Assembly (NCBI GenBank): GCA_009914755.4
Contig: CP086569.2
Span: 5,024,001 to 5,088,000 of the forward strand
DNA length: 64,000 nt
Reading direction: 5' to 3'
Source of the DNA: the human T2T-CHM13v2.0 reference genome, Homo sapiens
Part shown: piece by piece, positions 34,895 through 52,149 of the stretch
How the letters are laid out: each line of letters starts with the position of its first letter
Position numbering within the stretch: the stretch's first letter is position 1
Program-made: the position numbers and the translations under genes
The notes under the pieces: model-generated
What the model saw: only the letters and a program-made list of their open reading frames with translations
What the model was told of the DNA's origin: nothing
Databases searched by the model: none

Positions 34895-35750
34895 ACTCTT
34901 TGTCTTAGTCTAATTTTGTCAGTTTTTCTGGGACAATCTGGTTTATGCACATTATTATTGATACGGAAGTGGGGCAGGGAAACTCTGCGTAGAGAAAAGC
35001 ATGTCCCTGGCTAGGGCTCCACCCCAAAGGACCTAGGTGAGGACAGGCACTCCTGCTTTCCCGCCCAAATGTTGCATTTTCCAAGACCACCCTGGCCCAC
35101 CATGCCTCCATCCTGGGCCTATAAAAACCCGAGACCCTAGCGGGCAGACACACAAGCGGCTGGACAGCGTGAGGAACACATCGGCGGGAGAAGACACAAG
35201 CGGCTGGTCATCCAGAGCAGATGGCAAAATAGCTCGCCCGGCAGGCCATTGACTAGTGGAACAACACAGAGTCTGGCCAGAGCCGTCGGAGAAAAGTCCG
35301 GTCACCGAGCGGCCCGATTCCGGGGGAAAACTATCTCCCTTCTGGCTCCCCCATCTGCCCAGACCTACTCCTACTCAATAAAATCTTGCACTCATTCTCC
35401 AAGCCCACGTGTGATCCGATTCTTCCCGTACACCAAGGCAGGAAACCCCGGGATACAGAAATCCCTCTGTCCTTATGATAAGGAAGGGGGTCTGAGTTGG
35501 TTAACACAAGCCACCTATAGACAGCAAAACAAAGAGCACCCTGTAACACATCCCACCGGGGCTTCAGCTGTAAATATGCACCGCTAAACACTGCCGTGGT
35601 GTCAGAGCCCCACAGCCTGCCCGTCTGTATGCTCTCCTTTGAGCATACAGTGGGGCACTGAAGAAGAGAGCCACACCCCCATCGCATGCCCTGCGAGAGG
35701 GACAGGGGAACCTTGCCTGTTTAATTATGATATGATATATTAATACTGAC
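34895..35750 (+). mobile_element. LTR-like retroelement fragment (putative solitary ERV LTR, family not identified)
   Basis: CpG-containing non-Alu block starting tgtcttagtc... with a TATA motif (cctataaaaacccgagaccc, ~35120) and a downstream polyadenylation signal (ctcaataaaatcttgcactcattctcc, ~35385). This is the U3-R-U5-like layout. ORFs in it are short and mutually overlapping. Confidence 0.35.
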
Positions 35751-35947
35751 ATTCACTCTCAAGACCGTACTGGTTGGATTATCAATCCTATAGTCTCTTT
35801 ATCTATTATTTTCTCATTAAAAAATGCTGCTGGAGATGACCCAAAGATTTACCATGTGGAGAAAGCTTAACTCTAGTTTTAAATTGAGGTTAAATTATTC
35901 CATTCCTATTCCAAATTAACATTTTACTATCAAACCTGGTGCTTTAA

Positions 35948-36455
<508 letters not shown>

Positions 36456-36859
36456 AGTTACTTCAGTAGCTTCTTAACTGCTCTCTCTGCTTCCCCTCCT
36501 GTCCCCTCCATGTCAAGTCTCAACAAAGCAGCCAGAGAGACTCAGATATAACTGAGATCATGGTATTTCTCCGTTCAGAACACACTATGGTTTGTCAATT
36601 TACACAGTAAAGAGCAAAGACTTCAAGATCGTTGAGGGCCTCCCCTGTGACATTTTTTATGACAAAATAATAAATAAAGAGACCATAGGATTGATTATCC
36701 AACAAGTACACTCTTAAGAGGGCACAACCTGCACCCCCTCCAGTTACCTCTCAGACTTCATCTCCTATCCGCCCCGCCATTCCTTGTTCACATAGTCCCC
36801 TTGTTGTCTCTTGAAGCTGCTGGGTGTGCTCTTTCCTTAGGATCTTTGCACTGACTGAT

Positions 36860-37200
36860 TCTATTGCATAAATATCACATGATATTTATACGATGCAAGT
36901 TCTTACCCCTTCAAATCTTTGCTTAAATGTCACCTTTTCAGTGAGGTCTTCCCTGACCATCCTGTTAAAAATTGCAACTATCCTCCCACACACATCAAAC
37001 GCACTCCATATAATCTTTCCCTGATCTTTTTCAGAGCACTAGTACCATCTAACATACCATAGTATTTAATAATTTCTAACGTATGCATTTCATCCTTTCT
37101 CCCTAACTAAAATCACTGTGAATGCAGACATTTCTGTATTGCCAGCACCTAGTAGAATGTATGGCCTAGAATAGGCACTCAATAAATGAATGAAGGAATG
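36860..37200 (+). repeat. ancient MIR/MER-like interspersed repeat remnant (tentative)
   Basis: It has the motif progression typical of old mammalian-wide repeats: tgtcaccttttcagtgaggtcttccctgaccatcctgttaaaaattgcaac...cagcacctagtagaatgtatggcctagaataggcactcaataaatgaatgaaggaatg. Confidence 0.35.
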
Positions 37201-38487
37201 TAACTTATACCCCGTTCTTAACAATTCTAGCATATTAGAGTTGTTAATCCATTCCAGTAGGAATTTCCATTCCTTGCATAGTTTAATTTGATATACTACC
37301 ATTTATATACTCATTATGTGTTTGTATGTATGTGGAATTGGATGGTTAAAATCACATACAAAGAATCACTTCACACGTGTGAAGTAAACATGCTAACATG
37401 CTTTCTGCATAAGAAGTCAAAAGACAGCAGTGGTACTTATATTTAATTTCAACTTGGATAGGCTTAAAATGACCTTCATAAGAGAGATTTGAATACACTT
37501 TAACTAAGGCAGGAGGTTTATGTAGCAAATCCATTACCACTTCCAAAAATCTGTCACTGGAATACAAAATCCAATGGTTGCGGTCTGTTCTATGCCAAAA
37601 CATAGGTTTAATTATTCAGAAGACCGTTAGAGCACATTTTCTAAACCTAAAACTCGGCAAAGAAATTCTACCTAATGTCCCTTAGCTTTGGGAGCTATAC
37701 ACTAAGGCACCTTCCTGGTGTGCAGGATTGTGGCTTTTATGAACGTCTGAATTAAAACAGTTACCTATTAGAGAGCTAAAGTCCCCTGTTCTGCCTCACC
37801 TTAAATTTATCAAATTGTTTATCTTCTACTATTCCTCTGGTGATCATGGTAAATAATGATTTAATTGCACTGTTAACAACCTACAAATAGTGTATAATTT
37901 TTTTATTCCTACTGAGTATTAATGTAATTTGCCTTTCATTATTAGGAAAGGGTTAAAGTGAAGGATATAGATCCATTTAATGGCAAAAGGATAGAAGGAT
38001 TAGTCAATAAACCAAATAAAAATGACAGAGTGTAAAAGAAAGTTGTTTCAATACATGGTGAGTCACTATAAGAAAATGATTTTAAAGCACGTCAGGGATA
38101 TATTTAAAATGAGGTGGTTCTGGCAATACGTTAGTTTTTGTTAAAATGACATTTACATTAAAATGAATAAATAATTGTTATAGACTCAAATACACTTCAT
38201 TTGCTCTCGGTCACATTATCAGTATCCACTTAGAAGCTCAGTTTGAATTTAAACACATTTTATTCTTACAAGGTTTGTGCTTTCATCATCAAGATTTTCT
38301 TTTAGAATTTTTTGTGTTAATTTTTATAATATCAATAAACAAATAATATCAATTATAGTATTTAATCATGTTCTTATGACATGGAAAAAATCAATTATAT
38401 GTTGAAAATCAGTTTATGAAAGTCTTTCTGCTCTGGACTATAAAATATATGAAAGTCTTTCTGCTCTGGACTATAAAATATCAAGAA

Positions 38488-38792
38488 GGCCGGTCGCGGT
38501 AGCTCATGCCTGTAATCCCAGCACTTTGGGGGGCTGAGGTGGGTGGATCACCTGAGTTCAGGAGTTCGAGACCAGCCTGACTAACATGGTGAAACCCTGT
38601 CTCTACCGAAATTACAAAAAAATCACCTGGGCGTGGTGGCAGGCGCCTGTAATCCCAGCTGCTGGGGAGGCTGAGGCAGGAGAATTGCCTGAACTGGGGA
38701 GGCAGAGGTTGCCGTAAGCTGAGATTGTGCCACTGCACTCCAGCCTGGGCAACAAGAGCAAGACTCTTTCTAGAAACAAAACAAAACAAAAA
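38488..38792 (+). mobile_element. Alu SINE, full length
   Basis: Forward Alu starting ggccggtcgcggtagctcatgcctgtaatcccagcactttggggggctgagg with an (AAAAC)n tail. The TSD AAAAT(A)TCAAGAA lies at 38474-38486 and 38789-38802. Confidence 0.93.
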
Positions 38793-38869
38793 TCAAGAAT
38801 ACTTTTAATAGTTAATAATTTTAAAATGCTAAATACTTGCACTTCATAAGAAATGTATTTATTAGATAG

Positions 38870-39089
38870 AGCCTGGCCAACATGGAGAAACTCCATCTCT
38901 ACTAAAAATACAAAAATTAGCTGGGCGTGGTGGTGCGTGCCTGTAATCACAGCCACTCAGGAGGCTGAGGCACAAGAATTGCTTGAACCTGGGAGGCAGA
39001 GGTTACAGTAAGTTTAGATCATGCCACTGCACTCCAGCCTGGGTGACAGAGCAAGAGACTGTCTCAAAAAAAAGAAAAAAAGAAAAGGA
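38870..39089 (+). mobile_element. Alu SINE, 5'-truncated (~80 nt missing)
   Basis: It starts at agcctggccaacatggagaaactccatctctactaaaaatacaaaaattagctgggcgtggtgg and ends in an A-rich tail. The TSD ATTTATT(T)AATAGATAG lies at 38856-38869 and 39090-39108. Confidence 0.9.
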
Positions 39090-39200
39090 AATTTATTTAA
39101 TAGATAGTTGACTCCTTACTTTGTCTTTGTATTTATTAACTTTGATTTTAAGATTGCCGAATGGTAATGTTTTCTAGTCTTTTTTCAGAATATATATATA

Positions 39201-39484
39201 TTTTTGAAACAGAGTCTAGCTCTGTCGCCAGGCTGGAGTTCAGTGGTGGGATCTCGGCTCACTGAAACCTCCGCCTCCTAGGTTTAAGCGATTCTCCTGC
39301 CTCAGCCTCCCGAGTAGCTGAGGTTACAGGCACGCACTGCCATTTCCAGCTAATTTTTGTATTTTTAGTAGAGACAGGGTTTCACCTTGTTGGCCAGGAT
39401 GGTCTGGATCTCCTGACCTCGTGATCTGCTCACCTCGGCCTCCCAAAGTGCTGGGATTACAGGCGTGAGCCACTGGGCCCAGCC
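39201..39484 (-). mobile_element. Alu SINE, full length
   Basis: Reverse Alu gaaacagagtctagctctgtcgccaggctggagttcagtggtgggatctcggctcactgaaacctccgcc...ggattacaggcgtgagccactgggcccagcc. Confidence 0.92.
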
Positions 39485-40702
39485 TAGAATAGATAATTTT
39501 TATATTTAGCAAACTACACTTGCTTTATTTGTCTGCATTGTTCTGCACTGACTCTAAGATTTTAAGCACAAAAATAAGTACATATTACAAAAATATCTTA
39601 ATATCTCATGGATTTTGTAGCTACTGTCAAATTGGCATGCTAATAATTCTTGCTCTTCTAATATAAATATTAAAAAGTAAAGAAACTTTAGCAGGAATAT
39701 AAGGTAAATATTATAGAAGAACATATGAAATAATAATGAGAAATAAAGTTTGGAAGTCCTAGTTAATGGAATCATATGTAGGTAGAATCTCTCAGTCTGC
39801 TGTATTTTCAGATGTGGATGTAGGAGGTTTGCTGTGTTCTCTCTCATGTGACCCACTGCAAAAATTCAACATGTATTGAATATAAAAAAATATTCTACAT
39901 AGTGGAGAAGAATTCACATCTATGAATTCTTTGTATAGTGTAAACTCATTATATTATCATTTTAAAAATATATTATCATTTTTTAAAGATTCCATAGTCT
40001 GAGTAACGGCCAGTATAGTTTAGTATTACAAAACTCCTGAGAAAGGGTTATGATACTCAGGAGAATAAAAAACACAAGTGTCTGTATGTTTTAGAGTATA
40101 AAGGGAAATTTTCTAGAACAAATAAAAAGGTAATTGGTGGTAAACTTAACCTCATTGGGATTAAAAAAAAAAAGGCAATTTAAGAGTGTCAAAAACCAAA
40201 TTACAATGAATTTAGTTTAAAGACATAATTGACTTTTATTAGTGATTCTAGAATCAGGCAACATCTCATTCTATAAAACAGAATGAGTGCTGAACAGTTG
40301 TTTTTTTAAAGTGCAAACAAGGAAACAGATTAAAATGTGGAGTGACATCAGGTTACCTCATTTTTTTTTTTTTTTTGTAAGGGTTAAAGCTGAGAGGACT
40401 TCCTTGTTTTGCTGGCTCAGGTTTACTGGGCCCTCTTCAATTGTTTGTTATGAATCTCCTGTTTTCAAAAAAAAAAGGTTTGGGGATTTACCTGCTTCCT
40501 TAATGTTTCAGTTTGATTATAAGGCACTTATCATGAGTGACTCCATTTTGGTTTGCTCTACTGGGGCCTTAGTGCAGGAGCTCAGCCCAAAACAATGGCC
40601 GTTCATACATTTTATTTAACAGGGAATGGTTTTATTTATTTATTTTTTTGTTTGTTTGTTTATTTTGGTCTGTCTGTAGCTGGCTGGCTCTACTGGCCAG
40701 CT

Positions 40703-44300
<3,598 letters not shown>

Positions 44301-45110
44301 CATATTTTACAACTTCAAAATAATACAAAGTTTTAGTCATTTTACAGTTAAAAAAATGAAATAATCTAAAGAGACTGTACTTTGCAAACATAAATGACTC
44401 ATCTTGATGCATAGATTAAATTTTAATTACTGTATTATGTTGCCATCAAGAATTATTGTTTTTCAAATTTAACTGACATTTATAGGGAAAATACTTTTTA
44501 ATTAGAATTATCATCTGGTTTCCAAGTAAGCTGCAGTGATATCTCCATCTTGCTCAAAGTTGGAAGTAACATTTATGACACGGGCTTCTTCTTACTGAAA
44601 TATACCAATAATGAGCTGATTCTCTTTTGTTATTTTTTGTTGCTATTTATTTTGTTTTACTAAACAGAATGACTTTATTGTTGAGTGAGATGTTGGACAA
44701 GTACAGGTTTGCTGATATAAAGAGGGTGAAGTAGAAAATTGTTAAGGAGGAATATGCCACCGTCTAAAAAACAATCAATGTTGTGAAAGCCCTAAGATAA
44801 GTATTTCTTCTTGGATTGTCTTCTAATGAGAAGTAATTCTATTTTGTTGTATATTGTTTCACTAGAAATCATCTGAGGTCTGGCAGGAATAACATGTATT
44901 CATGAATGTTCTTGAAGGCAAGGTTTGAAGTAAAGTGTGCACATACATAGACAAGCAGTGAAAACGTGAATAAAATTCAGAACAAAGGCTATTGCTTAAA
45001 ATAAATACTAACACATGTAACTGCAAAGAATCCTGGAGTTAAAGAGTGTCATTTTTTAAATGTCATTTTTTTTTTGTAATTCTGATGCAAGAATTCTATA
45101 TATATTATCA

Positions 45111-45487
45111 TGATATGGTTTGGCTGTGTCCATACCCAAATCTCATCTTGAATTGTAAGTCTTAGAATTCCCACATGTCATGGGAGGAACACGGCGGGAG
45201 GTGACTGACTTATGGGGGCAGGTCTTTCCTGCACTGTTCTTGTGATAGTGAATGAGTCTCAAGAGACCTGATGGTTTTAAAATGGGAGTTTCCCTGCACA
45301 AGCTCTGTTTTTGCCTGCCGCCATCCATGTAAGATATGACTTGCTCCTCCTTACTTTTTACCTTCTGCCATGATTATGAGGCCTCCCCAGCCATGTGGAA
45401 CTGTAAGTGCAGTACACCTCTTTCTTTTGTAAATTGCCCAGTCTCAGCTATGTCTTTATCAGCAGTGTGAAAACAGACTAATACATA
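45111..45487 (+). mobile_element. solitary MaLR LTR (THE1/MST family)
   Basis: tgatatggtttggctgtgtccatacccaaatctcatcttgaattgtaagtcttagaattcccacatgtcatgggagg...cccagtctcagctatgtctttatcagcagtgtgaaaacagactaatacat matches the THE1/MST LTR consensus from the TGATATGG start to the GACTAATACA end. Confidence 0.85.
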
Positions 45488-47021
45488 CAGTATGCTGCTT
45501 GACAAATTATTTTCATGATGGTATTATAGGATTAAGAGTAATTGACTCATTGATTGGATACAAATAAATTAATAATTTTAAGGTATCATAAATAGAGTTT
45601 AAAAAGATCATTCTTGGCATATATTGAACACCAAGAGAGTCTTATTGCAGCCTCAATGCTAAAGCTTTATAATTTAAAGATGCTCTGATAATCAGCAGTC
45701 TCCTTGTGTATTTTGAAAAGTGAAAGTTGAGATCACAATCCAGTTTTCCATTTTATTGACAAAGAACATGGACTCACTCAAAGCAGTCTCTGCAAAACTC
45801 TTAATGTATTACCAAAGCCATCTTTCCTATGGGATTTTATTGTCTGTACAGGGTATTTGTAATCACAAAACCTATCTTTTTTTCTTTGCTCTATTACATA
45901 CGTAAGTCCCCACTTAAACAGAATTAGGCAGTGCAAGTGAAAAAGATTCAATTCCAGAGGTCGTGGGCTTTGTTGTAAAATCCCATGACTGTAACCATAA
46001 TTATATACAACCCTACATTACTTCTGATGTTTGATAATTATGACCAGTGATATATGTTATTGATTTTAAAGCAATTTAAAACTGGTCCATGTTCAGATTT
46101 CAGTAGCTATGTGCACTGTAATTGCTTTCATAATGTGTCTGTATGATATTTAAATGCTTAAGGATGACTCTCCAGCTAATGAAAAATCATTGTTTGCACT
46201 TTTGCATTTCTAGTACTTCCTGTTATAAATGAATCTGCCATAGGAGGGGATAGTTTTCATGAAATTCCTGAAAGCATTATGGGACTATTACTAGATACAC
46301 AGGATTTGCAAAGGGAATTTGGCTAAAAAAGTGAAACTGACAAGGATATCATTTGCATTACATAAAGTTTCCATAGGTTAACTCTAGCCGAAGGGTATTT
46401 TTAGTGAGCATATTGATAGGGATTGTGAATGACATTACTTCTATTGTGTAAACTTAGGAAAAATCAGTCTTCAATAATATACATATAGTGAAATATAGTG
46501 TACAGTAATATTAATATTTAAATATAGCTGACCACTGTTTTTTATTTTTTCACACAATAATGAAATATATTTTCAATACATTAAAAGAGAAAAATATTTC
46601 TCATTAGTATCTATTCATATGATATTAAGTGTTCAGAAAATATACTCTTTACATCTGTTTGTTGATATAATTTTTTATCAATCTACTATAATCTTATTTT
46701 TATAAAATAGTATTCTACTTACAGTTTATTTCTGATGTGTAATATTTTTGAGTAAATATAGTAATAACTATGACTTTGGATGACAGAAAATAGTTCCTAA
46801 TATTATTCACGCTTTATTTAAAATGTTAGTTTTCCAGAGACTTCACAATCCTATACTTTCTGTCATATTTCACATGGAGTGCTTGCTAATAATTGCCATT
46901 TATATCATCTAAGCAATATCCATATATCAAGACAGATTATGTAAGCAGAAGTTTTAAAATATAACATATTTTAGCAAACACAGAATTTCCTGTAACATGT
47001 CTGTCATAAGGAATTCATCTG

Positions 47022-47315
47022 GGCCAGATGTGATGGCTCACACCTGTCATCTCAAAAGTTTAGGAGGCCAAGGCAGGAGAATCGCTTGAGCCCAGTAGTT
47101 GGAGACCAGCCCAGTCAACCGAGGAAGACATTGTTTCTACAAAAATTTTAAAAATTAGCTGGGCATAGTGGCATGTGCTTATAGACCTGGCTACCCAGGA
47201 GGCTGAGGCAGGAGAATCATTTGAGCCCAATATTTTGAGGCTGCAGTGAGCTATCATGATGCCACTCCACTCCAGCCTGGTGGACAGAGTCCCCATCACT
47301 TAAAAAAGAAAAATA
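47022..47315 (+). mobile_element. Alu SINE (older, AluJ-like)
   Basis: Diverged forward Alu, ggccagatgtgatggctcacacctgtcatctcaaaagtttaggaggccaaggcagg.... The TSD AATTCATCT lies at 47012-47020 and 47317-47325. Confidence 0.88.
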
Positions 47316-47674
47316 AATTCATCTAGGCAAAAAGGCAATTAGTTGGCTGAATGACAATAGGAAATGTCACCAATAGCTGCAAACTGATGATTCCATCCTT
47401 TATCACGTTGGCAACTCTCCTTATTATGAACATTAAAATTAATACTTTCCTGTAATTTAAACCTGCACCTGCATTTCTTTTTGCTAAAACGTACTATCCT
47501 CAATTATATTCTATAATTTTACTTGCTAATTTTTGCTTCCTTTTCCTCACTGAATATGAAGTGCTATATTAATCTTTAAAGTATATTTTTAAAAGATTAT
47601 CTAAAAGCTATAAAACTGGAAGTTATATTGCTGACAGCGAATCTTCTCTTAAGAACTTTAAAAATAGACATTGA

Positions 47675-48027
<353 letters not shown>

Positions 48028-48695
48028 CTATCAAACCATAGAATTATTAGCGAAAATATTTACTTTTGTTTCAATTGAAAATGCCACATAATAAGATTTA
48101 TTTTAGTAATTTTTTGTGTGTCTCTTCTATAGGCAAGTATCTTAATGATATTTAATTTCAGGGAATTGTGTGGCTCTTGAAAGAGTCAAAATCAAAATTT
48201 ATGTGCCAGATTTTGCCTCTATCTATGTTATTTGTCTCTCTAACTAGTAATTTTCCATGTTGTTTTAGAGTGAATACAGAACAAAGTTATAGAATATAGT
48301 TAGTGATATTTCTTTACTTTTCAATGGTAGATTACTTTGGCCATCTAGTTAAACTACTGGAAAGATCTTGCTGTCTATTTTGTTATTTTGTAGCTTCTTA
48401 CCACAATTGCTGGCCATGAATTTTCTTCTTTTTCTAAAACTGAGGGAATTGGCAAAATTTGGAAAATATGATGTCACTATGATTGATCAACATTATAAAT
48501 GTATTTTTAGAGGAAATTATTCATTGTATAATAGAAAATGTGTAAGTACACATCCTATGAGTCCTGATTGGGATGATTGTTACTAAGAAAGAAAACAAGA
48601 TAGCCTTGCTGATATGAGAAGTAGTTCAGCCTGTGGTATAAAGGTTAACTGTTTTACTTTGCCAACAAATTTAGAGTGCACAAGAATCCTTTTTC

Positions 48696-48948
48696 TGGAG
48701 TGCGGTGGCGTAGTGTCGGCTTACTGTAACCTCCGCCTACTAGGCTCAAGTGATCCTCTGACTTCAGCCTCCCAAGTAGCTGAGACTACAGGCATGTGCC
48801 ACCACATCTGGCTAGTTTTTGTATTTTTCGTAGAGACAGGGTTTCTCCATATTGCCCAAGCTAGTCTTGAACTCCTGAGCTCAAGCAATCCACCCACGTC
48901 AGCCTCCCAAAGTGGTGGGATTACAAACATGAGCCACCACACCCAGCT
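48696..48948 (-). mobile_element. Alu fragment (reverse; lacks its tail end)
   Basis: ctggagtgcggtggcgtagtgtcggcttactgtaacctccgcctactaggctcaagtgatcctc...gattacaaacatgagccaccacacccagc with no poly-T head. Confidence 0.85.
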
Positions 48949-48978
48949 GACAATAGTCCTTTAAACTATATAAATACT

Positions 48979-49228
48979 GGTGGGGGTGATGGCTCACACC
49001 TGTAAACCCACCACTTCGGAAGGCCAAAGAGGGAAGATTACTTGAGCCCAGGAATTCGAGACCAGCTTGGGCAACATAGTGAGACCTCAGCTCTACAAAA
49101 AATAAAAAATTAGCAAGGTGCGGTGGTGCTTGCCAGTCAGCTACTCAGGAGGCTGAGGTGGAAGAATTAATTAAGCCCGGGAAGTCAAGGCTACACTCTA
49201 ACCTGAGTGACAGAGTGAAACTCTGCCT

Positions 49229-49282
<54 letters not shown>

Positions 49283-49314
49283 CAAAACAAACAAACAAAA
49301 CATGAAAAACCCCC
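48979..49314 (+). mobile_element. Alu SINE (older, AluJ-like) with ~50-nt poly-A and extended tail
   Basis: ggtgggggtgatggctcacacctgtaaacccaccacttcggaaggccaaagagggaag... then a 50-nt poly-A and (CAAA)n. The TSD AACTATATAAAT lies at 48965-48978 and 49315-49328. Confidence 0.88.
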
Positions 49315-51335
49315 AACTATATAAATGCCAAAATCTTGGCAGAAAATTAATAAATAAACATGTGTGTCTTTTCTTTGTGATTAAAAGGATGAAGAATTAG
49401 TTTTCCATTGTTTACTATAGAATCATTGAGTTGTACCATTGCAAGTTATTTTAGATATCATCTATCCAAAAATCTCATTTTAAAATTGAGAAAAACTAGG
49501 CTCAAAGAGATGAAGTGACTTCCTAAGTTCACACACTTGGGCATAGCTGAACTAGAAGCAAAGTCCCAGTTTCATCAAGTTAGTATACTTTCTGGCCATT
49601 ATAAGGTCTGCTTTGGAGCTAGCTTCATCGGTATGACAATTTTCCCTCAAATATTCAATGTTTGTTAATAGCACCTTTCCTGAATTATATATATGTGTGT
49701 TTTCTAAAACAACTATTTAAATCAGATGGCATACGAGTTTTACTAATGAAAATCCAGAAAATCATGTCCTTAATTCTTTTCTTTGGATTGAAGAGATTAT
49801 ATACACAAATACTTTCTCAAGATGAATGAGTGGGGAAGACTTCCTAAATGCCACCATTTTGTGGAAAGAAAGTGTTTATAGGGACAAAACCCGAGGATTT
49901 TAAAATTCATTTTCAATGTAGACCTAAATTTTGTTCAGTGACTTGGAGCATTGTGAGAAGTATAGACCTCAACTGAGCTTTATCACTCTCCAGTGAGTAA
50001 AATAATATAGTCCCCATTTTTTTTCAGAGCTTACAAAAAAATGCTTTATCTCCAAATTTATACAGCAAAATCATATTTGAGCTAAGACTGAATTTTAGGG
50101 GCATTCTTACTCTTCTGAATGTTTTCATCCACAATCCTGCTCCCAACAGATGGAGACTGAAACACAGGAGAGTTTCAGTTTTATAGGAAAAGAGCTAGTG
50201 CTCCTCTTGGATTTAAGTTTTAATTCAAATGATAACCATTATTACATGGGTCCTCACCCCTCCTATATAATTCCAGTACCAATAACTCTAGAAAGAGACT
50301 CTATTATTTATTCTCTGGAATTAGCCTAGCCAATTTGATGAATAAATGACTGAATGGTTTCTTAGTCTAACCACTTTCCTCTATTTTGTCTTATTGAGGC
50401 AGTAGAATATATTATATTCTGTTTAAGTTCCAGAAATATTTATTGGGTGCTTATTATAAGCCAGGAACTGTGCTAAACAGTAATGACATCAAATTACTAC
50501 CACTTAGGACTATATTTGTGCATAACAAATACTCAGAAAAAATGTATGTACTGATGATACAATGACTAATAAGACACACTTCCTACCTCCAAGGACCTCA
50601 CAGTCTTGTGCGGTGTACAAACTTACCTACATATAGGTTAATATTAACTGTAATAGCCACTTTTTATAGCATCAGGGTATGAACAGAAGGCCATGGAAAT
50701 CCAGAGGCAGTAGCAATTAACTTAGTCTGGAAAAATGCATACAAAGTAGCTTTCAGTCTAGTTATTCTGCTACTAACATCACATTATTTAGGATAAGATA
50801 TATTTTGTATAAAAATATGGAGATAGAAGTAAAATAAAAATACTTCCCTCTATTTTTCATTACCATAAGCCTACAAACCCCCTCAAATTTGAACTGAAAG
50901 TTGTATTTTTAATCTGAGAATCCCAAGAAACTCAGGACAAGGATGAATAAACTATTTCACTATCTTCTCTCACTTAATAGTACTAAAGATAAATTTAAGG
51001 GAAAATATTAATTTTATGAATGTTTTAGGATTCATCTATGCTTGTCTGGCCAAACAGTATTATATATTTCAAATATATGTATATGAATTATGCATCTACA
51101 GAAATTTAGCTCTGCTGTTGAAGAACAGAAAGCTTAAGATTACTGAAAGAGAGCTCAAAAAAAAATTGGAAAAGAATGAGAAAATATAGTAGTAGTTCCT
51201 GGGGTAGAATCAGTTCACAAACCTTGTTCCAGGTATGGAGAAAAGAAAATTTTCAAACATACAGGAAAGATGAAGAATTTTACCATGGACACCATATACC
51301 AAGATCACTCAAAAACTTAATTTCTATTTTTTTGA

Positions 51336-51505
51336 AATCTTTTTAATTTTAGAGACAGCATCTTGCTCTGTCATCCAGGTTGGAGTGCAGTGGTGCAATC
51401 ACAGCTAACTGCAACCTTAAACTCGTGGGCTGGAACAATCCTCCTGCTTCAGCCTTCTGAGCAGCTAGGACTACAAGTGTGTGCCAACGAGCCTAGCTAA
51501 TTTGC
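51336..51505 (-). mobile_element. older Alu (right-arm part), split by a younger Alu insertion
   Basis: ttagagacagcatcttgctctgtcatccaggttggagtgcagtggtgcaatcacagctaactgcaacc...gtgccaacgagcctagctaatttg. It continues at 51828-51973. Confidence 0.82.
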
Positions 51506-51973
<468 letters not shown>

Positions 51974-52149
51974 CTAAAAACTTGATTTTTAGGGGTTATT
52001 CTTTGTGTTCTAGAAGCCCTTTCTTATACAGATACTCATTTATAGCACTGAGGACAGGAACTATACTCATTTTACAAACAAGGAAACTGAGATTCAGAGC
52101 TAGTTATGAATCAAGTGTCCAGCACAGTTATCTGCCCTAAAAGTGTGTT

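Noticed and set aside
35037-35752. Cluster of 62-118 aa ORFs on both strands in CpG-rich sequence that might suggest a small gene or CpG-island promoter.
   Set aside because: The segment has LTR grammar (TATA ... AATAAA). The ORFs overlap and none is long. It is better explained as a solo LTR, though the family is unidentified.
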